The position numbers and the translations under genes are program-made. From Octopus sinensis (lineage: Eukaryota), in NCBI RefSeq assembly GCF_006345805.1, contig NC_042998.1, positions 60,512,001 to 60,576,000 of the forward strand: DNA of 64,000 bases, given 5' to 3'. The notes below the pieces were generated by a model. It was not told the DNA's origin, searched no databases, and saw only the letters and a list, made by a program, of their open reading frames with translations. Positions 24,702 to 36,900 of this stretch are shown piece after piece. Within the stretch, counting starts at the first letter, position 1, and each line of letters opens with the position of its first letter.

Positions 24702-27664
24702 TATTTATTGACGTAGAAAACTAGAAATGCTTAGGGAATAACTCAGAGTTTGTTTATTCTCTAAACAGGGAAAGGGAAGGTGAGAAATGAAACTATACAC
24801 AAGAGCTAAATAGGAAAGATAGAAATAGATCAGGAAAGGGTGAAAGAAACCGGTTTATAAAACAAAATTAGAAAAGAAATAGAGTTTAAATAGCATAATA
24901 AATAAAGTGAAATTTTTCCTCGCCTTCTTCGTATTTCGTGTGGAATTGGTAAACAGCTATATAGCTTGTTCGTTCTTTAGTGAAATCTAATATCTTTTGT
25001 CAACGGCTTGCTTGAAGCAAATTTGTTTGTAATGAAATTTTCAAACGTAGGTACGTTGAAGTAGATAGCAAGAACAACACACTTAAACAACCATGATACG
25101 TTTATTAAAACTGTAGAAGCCGAGAAAAACTAGATCTGGTCCGGGCCGGTAAAGAGTAGTACAAATAATTCAAACAGTAGAGTAAGTTCTATTCCGTGAG
25201 GAAGAAGAATGGTCTAACGTTTTGTTTGCAACCCTTCATCGAAGCTTCCCCACCCGAAAATTTTAACTTCTCTCTTCTTTCTAACGCTATGAGGTTTATT
25301 TTATTGTATGAATATGACTGAACTTAGAATTTAGTTTATATTTAGATGCCGTATACTTAGTCCATTCTCTCTCTCTCTCTCTCACACACACACTCCCTCT
25401 CTCTTTCTCTCTTACTTTCTCCCCTCTCTCTTTTTATTTCCCTGCTTCACCAATATTTACGAAGATGTATTATTAAAAATATAGACTATCAAGCCCAGCT
25501 TTCCTAAATCCTTTACGCATTTCAGTTTGATGCTTGATTGATAAAAGTTTGTTCGATTCACAGCTGCAGCTTGTATTAACAAGAAGGGCGTAACTGCCTC
25601 GCCCGAATTTATCCAATATCATAAATCTAAAGCCTAAATACAATAATAGAAAAGGGATAATAAAGACATTTCTCTCTCTCTTACTCTCTATCTCTCTCTC
25701 CCTCTCTCTCTCTCTGTCTTTTTCTCCCATTCTCTCTTTCTCCCCCTCTCTCTCTCTCCCTCTACATCTGAATGTACACGAACTATTAAATATGCCTTAA
25801 CACAAAATACTTTAACCATCGCCGCTTAGTGTACCTTTAATTAATTAATTCCAGCTCGACCAAGCTCTACAAACTTCAGTAAATTTCCAATCTGTTCTAA
25901 GAACATCAATTCTCAGTAGGCTATAAATGATAGATTCAGCCTTCGGCGTCTACAGCTGAAGTAAGGTAATGATACAGAAACATATTTCCTGCAGAACGAT
26001 GACGTCATTTATAGATCAGTGCAGTGAATCTTTACACACATTGCCTACAAAGAGAATTTCTCTCAGAAAATATTTTTCGCAGCGAAGATCTTTTCATATT
26101 CGAGTTAAATATAACTGCACACTACTTTATTTTAATTATTGCTGCTTAGTGCGCCTCCAACACACACACACACACACACAAACTTTTTGAGAGATCCAAA
26201 GAGAGAGAAAAACTGATTTCTAATAAAGATTCATCATATTCATAAAAATCAGCCAGAGTAAGTAATAAGAATATGAAAATAGCATTTGAAAAATTTCGTT
26301 ATTGGTATAAATATGCCATAAACACGTATTAAAAAATGGAGGGAAAATAAGATGTTGAATCAAAATGAGATTTAATACAAAAATGGATTCAATACATACG
26401 CACGTTTCGAAAGTCAATACAAATATGCAAGAAAAAAATTATAATCATAGTAATTATAATTTAAATATGTATGTATCTATGTATGACTGTATATCCTTAT
26501 GTGTTAAGTGTATACGTTTTCTTTTCTATCACTTGGAAATTTATAATAATTTTCTCCTTGATATATTCATTCTTTTGTTCCTATTCTTTTTTTATTGTCT
26601 CCCCTACCCTGGGCTAGTTTTTGAGTAAGAGAACTCTTTTGAATACACCGGCCTGTCCTGTCTGTGATCGTTGCTTTTCTTTGTTAAGTTCTATTTGGTT
26701 TTTTCTCTGCTCGTATGTACAGTTTACTTAGATATTATATCTTTTCAAACACAGTCTTACCTATTAGCTTTAAGCCTCTTGTAATATATATATTTTTTCG
26801 TTTTTCAATATTAATATGTATACTTATAACTTTCAAAGGCTTTTTGCTGCTAGTGAACCTGTTGCGATGTATTCTGCTATACACACGTGGCCTTGTTCAC
26901 ATTATACTTCGTCTCGATGGAGAAGCTTTATCTGATGGAAAATATGTGTAAAATGTAAAATATGTGAGCAAAAATGAGAAAAATACAAAGATTTATGAAT
27001 AAATCCATTTAAAAATATACTATACATGTATTTTTCTGTGAGTGTATATACATGCATATTACATATTCAAATACATACATACATACATAACTACACACAC
27101 ACACATGCACACACACACATACACACACAAACGAACACATACTCTCGGGTCCCAAATAATACGAGGAGTTGGAATAAGCAGGTTGGTTGGTTATTTGCTT
27201 AAACTCATATAAACGGTGGGGGTGTTGGAATAAACAGGGAGGGGTTGGAAAATCAGTAATTGTATGGTGGTAACAATAAAATTTTAAAATTTTCTAGGTT
27301 GTCTCCCTTAATTTTTTAAACCCCCAGCTATTTATTCTCGAGTCCCAAAAATTAAGGGTGGTGTTGGAATAAGCGGGTAGGTTGGACATTTGTTCAAATT
27401 CATATAAGCAGGTGGGTTGGAATAAATGGTGGGGGGAATCAATAACTGTACGAAAATTATTTATTTATTATGCTATTTAAACTCTATTTCTTTTCTAATT
27501 TTGTTTTATAAACCGGTTTCGTTCACCCTTTCCTGATCTATTTCTATCTTTCCTATTTATCTCTTGTGTATAGTTTCATTTCTCACCTTCCCTTTCCCTG
27601 TTTAGAGAATAAACAAACTCTGAGTTATTCCCTAAGCATTTCTAGTTTTCTACGTCAATAAATA
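24702..27664. repeat. 205-bp near-perfect inverted repeat pair (24702-24906 / 27460-27664)
   Basis: Direct reverse-complement comparison; I saw two mismatches. Confidence 0.85.
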
Positions 27665-29562
27665 AAGCACATATAACGACACAACGAGGCAAAAGAAACT
27701 AACTCGAGGCAAGTGAAATTAACACATACGTGTGCTTCAAACGTTCACTTTAGTTAAGATATACATTTGGACAATAAAAATAAAACATTTGTTAATAATG
27801 GTAATTATGTGATATTCTTTTTAATGTTGTGGATTAAACAGATATTGATGCAAGCAACATATAATTACCGTTTAGTGAACTTGCAGTAATTATTATACTA
27901 TACATAATAAAACATAGCACTCCGTAAATAGGTATAAATGGTAGACTCATGATTTTTCGTCACTGTCCTTCTGCAGGCTCGGTTTCGATATTCGCTTCTT
28001 CACGGATCGCCGAGCCGAGTTTCACTGACAGTTGACATGAGTTTGCTTCGATATGGCAAGAAAAGTGTAGAGGTCTCGTTTTCATCCAACACTTTCTGTA
28101 TTTTTTCAAGAAGCAGGGCATCTTTCTTAACCTGATCATCACTGCTGATTCCTACAAGAGAGATAGAGCTTCCTGTCATCATATTTGACCGACCGTGCTT
28201 TGGCTCCTGCGAAACCTCCATGGGAATTTCTTCAGATGGGTCAATCACCTTCAAAAAATTTGTAATGACTTCATTTAGGAATTGAGTAGATTCGAACCGG
28301 AATCTCCCATTTTCCCTTAACATGGCAACAACATTTTTCTCAGAGGAAAACAATAATTGACAGCAGTTACAATGAGCACATGGCCTCGCTAAGCCGATTT
28401 ATGTCTTTGCCACTTGACCCTTCTACCCTCTTGTATGCAGTGGAGAGTTGAATTAAGAATATCTATTGTTTTCTGCAATATATATTTTTTCTAGCTAGTT
28501 TTGAATAGTTATAAATACAAGAACTCTGTAAGCCAAAATCAGTTAGAGTTTCGGGGTTCGTGGGACATGACATTTCATTTTATCATCCCAATGAGTTTTC
28601 CCTTTCATTTGCTCTTATTCAGTTACACTCCTCTTAGCATTTGTTCTCAACGATAGCAGGTGCTTGCTTTTCTTCTATAGAATAATTTCTATTCGTCGCA
28701 CCACGAAATACTCTTTTCTCTGCTGTGATGTTATGAGAAAAAGTTCAAAGAGAAATTACTTCAGCCGTGTCGATGTTGTTAAATCTTTATTCCGTAAAAA
28801 GCTTGTCCTATAAGGATAAACAATTCGTTATATTACAGACTGTGGTACGTAGTTGTCCAGCCTCAAGTTTTTACAAACTCTGGCTGGTTGTAAAGCATAT
28901 TTTCTGACAGCAATTTTCTTGATTTCTCTGTCCCGAAGCAGGTGTGTTGTGTCGCGAAATGATTAATCTTCTTAGGGCTGAAGGTTATCAATGTCCTAAA
29001 TTGTTAAAGACTCACTCGCATGAACGTTGGCTACATATACTGTGGATAAATATTCTTTTTTCCATGTGTTGTGAAAACAAACAGAACACTCCACGTTTTC
29101 TTCCCATTCCTATCATGTTTTTATTGGTGGGGGGGGGTGTCATGCTGATTCACAATTTGTGTCAGTCAAAATAATAATGAATTCCTGAGCTTGTTGTTTT
29201 GTACTAGTAACGGGAATCAGTTTAATCGACTTTCCCCTTCCCTTTAAATTACTGGCCTTGTGTAACGTGCCTTGCAGCATAGAGTTATAGCCCAGTACGT
29301 TCTGAGTTCAATCCCGCAGAGGTTAGCCTTACAGTTCATTCTTACGAGGTCGATAAAATACAGCACCAGTAATGTACTGGGTCGCTTTAATCCACTTGTC
29401 CCTCCCCACAAATTGTTGGCCTTGTGCCTAAATGAGAAATCATTATTCAAAATTTTCTAGGCTGTCACCCTTGATTTTCTTTTAAAGCAGAATTAGTTAT
29501 TTAGTTTATATATCCTATTCATTTTATAAGGTATGGTATTACTTGTAATGTTCATTTTTTTG

Positions 29563-29607
<45 letters not shown>

Positions 29608-30996
29608 TAGCAAAAAGAGGGAGTGGTGTTTCCACACAGGAAAGAAATATATAGGAAAATGTGTTGCTGAAAATACACTTAAATTTCAATAACTCATGAA
29701 TGTTTAAAATACATTTATTTACATACGAACCAAACTAGTTTCAACAATATTTTTTTGTTTATCAATGGTAAAAGTGTAAAAACATCGTTATAAGTTTCAA
29801 TGTGGACAAATCAAAATTAAATTAAAATATCTCAATGCTGATAAATTATCGTGTTCAAAACAGAAGGTGTAAGCTTGAAATTAAAACTGTATATTAATTT
29901 GTTAGAATGTACAAGGTTCATTAATTTCAGTGGTGGTCGACAAGTCATACTGAAAAATTTTTTTTTTCTGTTTTAATTCTCAAAGTTTACAGTGTGATTT
30001 ACAGTGTGCGTGTGTATGTGTGTTTTCATTGAATGATAAGCATGCCTCGTGGGAAATGTTTACGTGGTATGTGAATAATATTTGTAAAAGTAATGAAAAC
30101 TGATGTTTACGTGATCGTGTGTGTGTGTGTGGCTAGAATTAACAGCAGTCGGATGGTTTATATAGAAGCGAAAATGAATACAAATATCACCCATCTGTTG
30201 AGGTACGCCAAAGATGACTGACTTGTTGTTGGGTGCAAATCAAGTTTACGATACAGGAAATTTTTAATAAAAGAGGTTAAAAAAACACAAGTAGAGTAGA
30301 TTAACGATCTCAGATCAAACTGCTTCTATGGAAATTGAGATATATGGAGAAAGAAAAGAACTTAGTAAGCTAAAGGCTTGCTTTGCAACCACATGGTTTC
30401 GGGTTCAGTCCCACTATGTGGCAATTTAGGCACCTTCCACTATAGCCTTGAGCCGACCAGTGCCTTGTAAGCGAATTTGATCGACAGAAACTGTGTGGAA
30501 GCCCATCGTACATATGTGTGTGCGCATGCGTGCGATGCGTTCGCCTCCCTCCATTTGACAATCGATGTTTGATTATATCCTCATTACTGAAATGTTCGGC
30601 AAAGATATAGACAGAAGTACCAGACATTATTAAAAATAAATACTAGAGTCGATTTATTCAACTAAACCTTTTGTGGTGGTACTCTAGCATGGCTGCAGTC
30701 CAATGGCTGAAAAGCTAAAAGATACTGGAAATGAGAGATATATGCCAACATCTGGCAAGGTCTGAGTATTTTCCTCTGGGGCAATAGGACCCTCTGCTGT
30801 GTTTCCTAACTTTAGATTCATATTCATTAAGAGAGAAATGCTGATGACATTATACAAAATAGGGGCCACCACCAGTGGCGGTTCGTAGACAAAATTAGTT
30901 GGGGTTCTGCTTCAGAAAATGTTTAGCCGTTGTTTTAATATTGTGTAAAACGAAACAAACATATAAAAAGAAAATTTATACATAAACTTGAAGCGA

Positions 30997-31165
30997 AAGT
31001 AAAGAATACGCACACCCGGTGTTTAGGGTTAGTGTTAGAGTTTAGGGTTAATGTTAGGGTTTAGGGTTAGGGTGTAGGGTTAGGGTTAGGGTTTAGGGTT
31101 AGTTTTAGATTTAGGGTTAGGGTTTTTGTTATGTTGAAAATGGGTTATGTACGTATTCTTTACCT
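30997..31165. mobile_element. MITE-like element filled with degenerate (TTAGGG)n
   Basis: Inverted ends gtaaagaatacg and cgtattctttac enclose ~100 bp of TTAGGG-like repeats. A shorter related copy lies at 53567-53641. Confidence 0.65.
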
Positions 31166-31472
31166 CCGCCTAAATTTGATCGGATTGCGTTTTAGCCATT
31201 GCCGGGTAGCGTTTAATTTGTTCACTGACCACCGCCGCGAATTACCCCTTGTTTTTCAAAAATCCCTCCTAAATCACAAAATAAGTGGGGTTAATCTGTC
31301 CTATTTTTCATATCCTGTCATCAACACTGTAGCTGGAAGCAGGATAATAATCTAATTCTACACTTTATCACATTCAAGAATATAAACACGTTTTTAAGCA
31401 CAACATTCGCGGAATCAAAAAGAAACACTACCAGCACACCAGCACACCAGAGTCGGCACTGCGTGAACCACA

Positions 31473-31541
<69 letters not shown>

Positions 31542-32114
31542 AGCGTGCGGCTTCCTATCTCGGACCACATCGTTGGGACTGTGAAGCGCACAGTTCTATA
31601 CAAGGAATTTTGTATTTTTTTCATTCGTAGCAGACGTTCTCTCGACATCGTCCACATGTGCCTGAATCGGGCTCATAAGTTACAGCCCGAGTTGTTATCT
31701 ATAATCGTAAAAATTATAAGTAATTCAAATTCAACGTTTTCTTGAAACAATAAATTTCTATAGAGACTGGGATTTAAATTCCAGTCTATGAAAAGTTTCC
31801 GTTCTACAATATTCTGAAAGGAGCGAAAAGTTATCCATTAAGTCGGGCTAATACGAACGAGCCAGGTAGGTATAAAAGACTAACTGGCATCTCTTGTCAA
31901 AAGTACAGGCGACAGTCAGATTGCTGTTGTTTGATGTGCCCGCCGCTGTCGTTAATTGATTGCTGTTATTCTGTGCGTCTGGTGACACAAACTTTCATTC
32001 ACACTTTGAATTTGGTGATACTGGTAACGGCTTTTAGCTCGCTCTGATACTGAGTTGAGATGATGCCTTCTAGTATCTCGAAATTTAATATACAATTATT
32101 CATAATTGTAGTGT

Positions 32115-32205
32115 CCTACGCTGATGAGAAAAGAAGTTGGGTAAGATATAATTATCTAATTCTTATGCTTTCCTAAAACTTAATTTCGAAACGTACGTCC
32201 GTAGG
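32115..32205 (+). ncRNA. Type I hammerhead ribozyme, copy 1
   Basis: CCTACG-CTGATGA-[60-nt stem II GAAA..AAGTT..AACTT..TTTC]-GAAA-C-GTAC-GTC-CGTAGG. Stem I is 6 bp, stem III is the palindrome ACGTACGT, and the GUC site ends at 32199. Confidence 0.9.
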
Positions 32206-32698
32206 TGACTTAAAATTGTATGATAGATTGCCGTCATTTCATTCTCTCTTACCTGTCTGTGTTTGCCATTCAAGTGCTGTGTTTTTACTGAGATCTCCCT
32301 TTTAGTAGAAAGAATAGCTATAACTCTTTGACTGCTATTTCTAAATTCGGTGTGTGGTGAGGCAATTCGTTGCTAAACCCTTAATTGCTTAGTATTACTT
32401 AAATTTTCCTTGAATGAGGCTTTTACATGCCGAAATCTACTTGGTGTAATTAATAATTATTCCAAATTAATTAATTTCACCCTATATTGTTACTGATAAC
32501 CATATTTCATCCCAGTAAATGACCGCAGCATCTTGTCTTGGCTACACGCGGGTGGGAAGGGGCTGGTGACACAAACTTTCATTCACACTTTGAATTTGGT
32601 GATACTGGTAACAGCTTTTAGCTCGCTCTGATACTGAGTTGAGATGATGCCTTCTAGTATCTCGAAATTTAATATACAATTATTCATAATTGTAGTGT

Positions 32699-32789
32699 CC
32701 TACGCTGATGAGAAAAGAAGTTGGGTAAGATATAATTATCTAATTCTTATGCTTTCCTAAAACTTAATTTCGAAACGTACGTCCGTAGG
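32699..32789 (+). ncRNA. Type I hammerhead ribozyme, copy 2
   Basis: Identical to copy 1; GUC site ends at 32783. Confidence 0.9.
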
Positions 32790-33282
32790 TGACTTAAAAT
32801 TGTATGATAGATTGCCGTCATTTCATTCTCTCTTACCTGTCTGTGTTTGCCATTCAAGTGCTGTGTTTTTACTGAGATCTCCCTTTTAGTAGAAAGAACA
32901 GCTATAACTCTTTGACTGCTATTTCTAAATTCGGTGTGTGGTGAGGCAATTCGTTGCTAAACCCTTAATTGCTTAGTATTACTTAAATTTTCCTCGAATG
33001 AGGCTTTTACATGCCGAAATCTACTTGGTGTAATTAATAATTATTCCAAATTAATTAATTTCATCCTATATTGTTACTGATAACCATATTTCATCCCAGT
33101 AAATGACCGCAGCATCTTGTCTTGGCTACACGCGGGTGGGAAGGGGCTGGTGACACAAACTTTCATTCACACTTTGAATTTGGTGATACTGGTAACAGCT
33201 TTTAGCTCGCTCTGATACTGAGTTGAGATGATGCCTTCTAGTATCTCGAAATTTAATATACAATTATTCATAATTGTAGTGT

Positions 33283-33373
33283 CCTACGCTGATGAGAAAA
33301 GAAGTTGGGTAAGATATAATTATCTAATTCTTATGCTTTCCTAAAACTTAATTTCGAAACGTACGTCCGTAGG
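33283..33373 (+). ncRNA. Type I hammerhead ribozyme, copy 3
   Basis: Identical to copy 1; GUC site ends at 33367. Confidence 0.9.
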
Positions 33374-33624
33374 TGACTTAAAATTGTATGATAGATTGCC
33401 GTCATTTCATTCTCTCTTACCTGTCTGTGTTTGCCATTCAAGTGCTGTGTTTTTACTGAGATCTCCCTTTTAGTAGAAAGAACAGCTATAACTCTTTGAC
33501 TGCTATTTCTAAATTCGGTGTGTGGTGAGGCAATTCGTTGCTAAACCCTTAATTGCTTAGTATTACTTATATATATATATATATATATATATATTACATT
33601 ATATTATATTAAATTATATTATAT

Positions 33625-33915
33625 TACATTACATTACATTACATTACATTACATTACACGGCATCGAAAGCTGCGGAATGCAACTTGGAAGCTACCTTAC
33701 AGTATGATGCATTTATGTGTTGTAATAGCCCTTAATATAATGAATGTATTTATATTTAAAGGGACAAATTATACATTACATTACATTACATTACATTACA
33801 CGGCATCGAAAGCTGCGGAATGCAACTTGGAAGCTACCTTACAGCGTGATGCATTTATGTGTTGTAATAGCCCTTAATATAATGAATGTATTTATATTTA
33901 AAGGGACAAATTATA
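33625..33915. repeat. ~140-bp tandem duplication anchored on (ATTAC)n
   Basis: acggcatcgaaagctgcgg...gggacaaattat occurs twice (from ~33658 and ~33799). Confidence 0.8.
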
Positions 33916-33991
33916 TATTTTGTTGTTTTTTCTTTCCTGAAATGGTTTTTCACGCAGGCTATTTGATAAATTCTTCTATAGATTTTATCCT

Positions 33992-34022
<31 letters not shown>

Positions 34023-34023
<1 letters not shown>

Positions 34024-35323
34024 TGGGTTGGCAACTAAGTTCCTGTCGTTTCTTTTTAATTTTGGAATTTATTGCATTTTTAAATTTTGGAATCTATTTT
34101 TTACGAGAATTCTATTTTTGAATCATTTTGGAATCTTTTTCTTTTTGTTTGGGGGGGGGGGTCTAGTTAATTTTAGTTAATTTTTGTTTTATTTTCAGAT
34201 CATTAAAATAGAATGTCAAGTTAAGAAAAACGAGCATTCTTGACACCTCCTTCTTTTTGCTTTAATCAAGGTTCTAAGGCCGTAAAAGCTGCTCGCGACA
34301 TTTGTGCTGTGTATGGAGAGGGTGCCATAGCTGAAAGAACCGCTCGTGATGCCAAGTTCAAAAATGGAAATTTTGACCTCAAAGACGCACCTCGTTCTGG
34401 CTGTTCAGTTGAGTTCGATGAAAAGCGATTAAACCAACTTTTGCACGAAAATTCTCGTCAAACGACAAGGGAACTAGCAGAGAAAATGGAATGTTCCCAC
34501 ACTGCTATAGAGAAGCATCTTCACTCAATGGGAAAGGTTCAGGAATATGGAGTATGTGTTTCGCATGCTTTAATTGACAACAACAAAAATCAACGAGCCA
34601 CAATCTCCTCTGATTTGCTTGCTCGTCGCCACTCAACTCAAGGCCACAAGCAACGATTTTTTTTTTACCGAATCGTTACTGGCGACGAAAAATGGTGCAT
34701 GCGCATCAATATGAAGCAGCATAAGGAATGGATTAGCCCCGATAAACAAGCAACACATCACGTGAAACAAAGATCTTCATCCGCATAAAACGATGTTGTG
34801 CGTATGGTGAGACTGGGAAGGGATTATTAATTACGAATTGCTTGAACGGAACCAAACGGTCAACACAGAACTCTATGTTCAACAGATGGAACGACTCAAC
34901 ACGGCTATTCAAGAGAAAAGACCTAATCGGCAGCTTGGAGTTCTTCTACTGCACGACAACGCCTGCCCTCATATCGCCAAAATGACCAAGGAAGCCATTC
35001 AAACGCATAACTGGGAAGTGCTGCCACACCTGCCGTACTCTCCTGATTTGGCACCAACGGATTTCCACCTCTTTTGATCACTTTGAAATGCTATGTGCAG
35101 AGTTTCGTCCAATACTGATGCAGAATTGAGAGCTTGGTTGGATCAATTTTTCGAGTCGAAATCGGGTGATTTCTACCGACGAGGTATTGAAAATTTTGTT
35201 GAACGTTGGGAAGAAGTTGTAAACAAGGGTGAATAGATTATTGATTAATTAGTTGTTATTTTTTATTAAACCTTTTCAAAAATTCAAATTTTAAAAAACC
35301 GCGAGAACTTAGTTGCCAACCCA

Positions 35324-35324
<1 letters not shown>
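34023..35324 (+). mobile_element. Full-length but inactivated mariner transposon
   Basis: TIRs ttgggttggcaactaagttc (34023) and gaacttagttgccaacccaa (35305-35324) sit in (TA)n. Transposase motifs IVTGDEKW, LLHDNACPH and YSPDLAPTDFHLF are broken by stops and frameshifts. Confidence 0.93.
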
Positions 35325-35383
<59 letters not shown>

Positions 35384-35469
35384 ATCCAAACAAGAATGCA
35401 CAAAAAAACACAACAACGCGAGGACGTGGAACAAATATAGTATTATTGGATGCTAAGGAAAGAAGGAGG

Positions 35470-35504
35470 GTTTAACGTTTCGAGCGGAGCTCTTCATCGG
35501 AAAC
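35470..35504 (-). ncRNA. Minimal type I hammerhead (C3-C4 variant) in a short Penelope-associated repeat (~35380-35580)
   Basis: The minus strand reads GTTT-CCGATGA-A-GAGC(tcc)GCTC-GAAA-CG-TT-AAAC. The U4-to-C core change may impair activity. Confidence 0.65.
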
Positions 35505-35933
35505 ATAGGAGAAGGAAAGATCCAGAGAAGGGAAGACAGAGAGAAAAAAATCGCCAACGGTACACACGCGGTCACATTTTGAATGTGAATTTTGAATTTG
35601 AAGATATATATATATATATATATATATATACGACGACGACGACGAGCTTATTCTAGTTTCCGACCACACCAAATCTACTCACAAGGTTCCGGTCGGCCCG
35701 AAGCTATAGTAGAAGTCAGTGGGACTGAACCGGGAATTTTTTGGTAGGGAAGCAAGCTTCTTACCTCACAGCCACGCCTATTTTTAGTGGTTTGTTTTGT
35801 TTTTCTTTTTGCTTTGTTTTTTTTCCTTACAGCTTCTGCCTAGTTTTAAATATTCCCTATATTTCATATATTCACGCCAACTTCATTTATTCAACATTGA
35901 GACCTGCTCTGCTGATATGCACTCACACAAACA

Positions 35934-35971
<38 letters not shown>

Positions 35972-36478
35972 ACACACACACACAATCAAACAAACAAACA
36001 CCAACATTCGAACATTGCCGCCTTGTATTTCCACAACTGTTTTAATACAATTGTATAATTGTAATTGTATTGTATTCAAATGCATGTTTGCATAAATCGT
36101 TGAAATCTATATTATTATACCCGAATGTAATGCAGAATAGATCTGCCACAAACAGTCTAGGTTTTCCTGTCCCTGACTGGAATATGTTTAATATATAAAG
36201 AGACAATCTGTCAAGAAAGAAAGCGATTCTTTCAAGATAAAATGTTTTATAAATATATATACTGTTACATACATTCGTTTCTCCTCTTCCTCTCTCTCTC
36301 TCCCTCTCTTTCTCTCTCATATTTTTACGTATGTGTATGTAAACATGAATTTATGTATATGAACATATATACACACAGAGACTCTCTCTCTCTCTCGTAC
36401 ACACGTGCGCTCATACTAACACATATACACATACATACAGACAGACTGACTGACTGACTGACTGACAGACAGACAGAC

Positions 36479-36570
<92 letters not shown>

Positions 36571-36900
36571 GCGTATATCTCACGTTCTTTCCTATTTACT
36601 AGTGGTGAAAATGAAAGAGCATTTGACGGATACCCACTTGTCAATGACCAGTTTATTATTTATGTTATATTGTTTTATGTATATGTTCATTGCTTATTAA
36701 TATAAATATTTATTATTAGCTATCCTTTGTGAAACTTCTAGTAGTAAAAATGTATTTGCTCATCATAAGACAGAGATGGGTAAGGCTGTAGTCATAGACA
36801 TGGCTTGGTGGTTAAGAAGTTTGTTCCATAGCCATGCGGTTTCGGATGCAGTCCCACAGAGCAGTAGACTTGGAAGTTTTGTGAATTTTTCCCACTAAAT

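Larger units (their letters stand above)
31979..33568 (+). repeat. Tandem array of 584-bp units (2.7 copies), retrozyme/Penelope-pLTR-like
   Basis: ctggtgacacaaac occurs at 31979, 32563 and 33147. The units differ by only a few substitutions, and the array ends in (TA)n. Confidence 0.93.

Noticed and set aside
26600-26665. Decayed HHR-like string ttTGAGTAagagaactcttttGAATAC
   Set aside because: Several core substitutions; at most a fossil.
31020-31125. Telomere or chromosome-fusion scar
   Set aside because: Short, degenerate and enclosed in inverted ends shared with 53567-53641.
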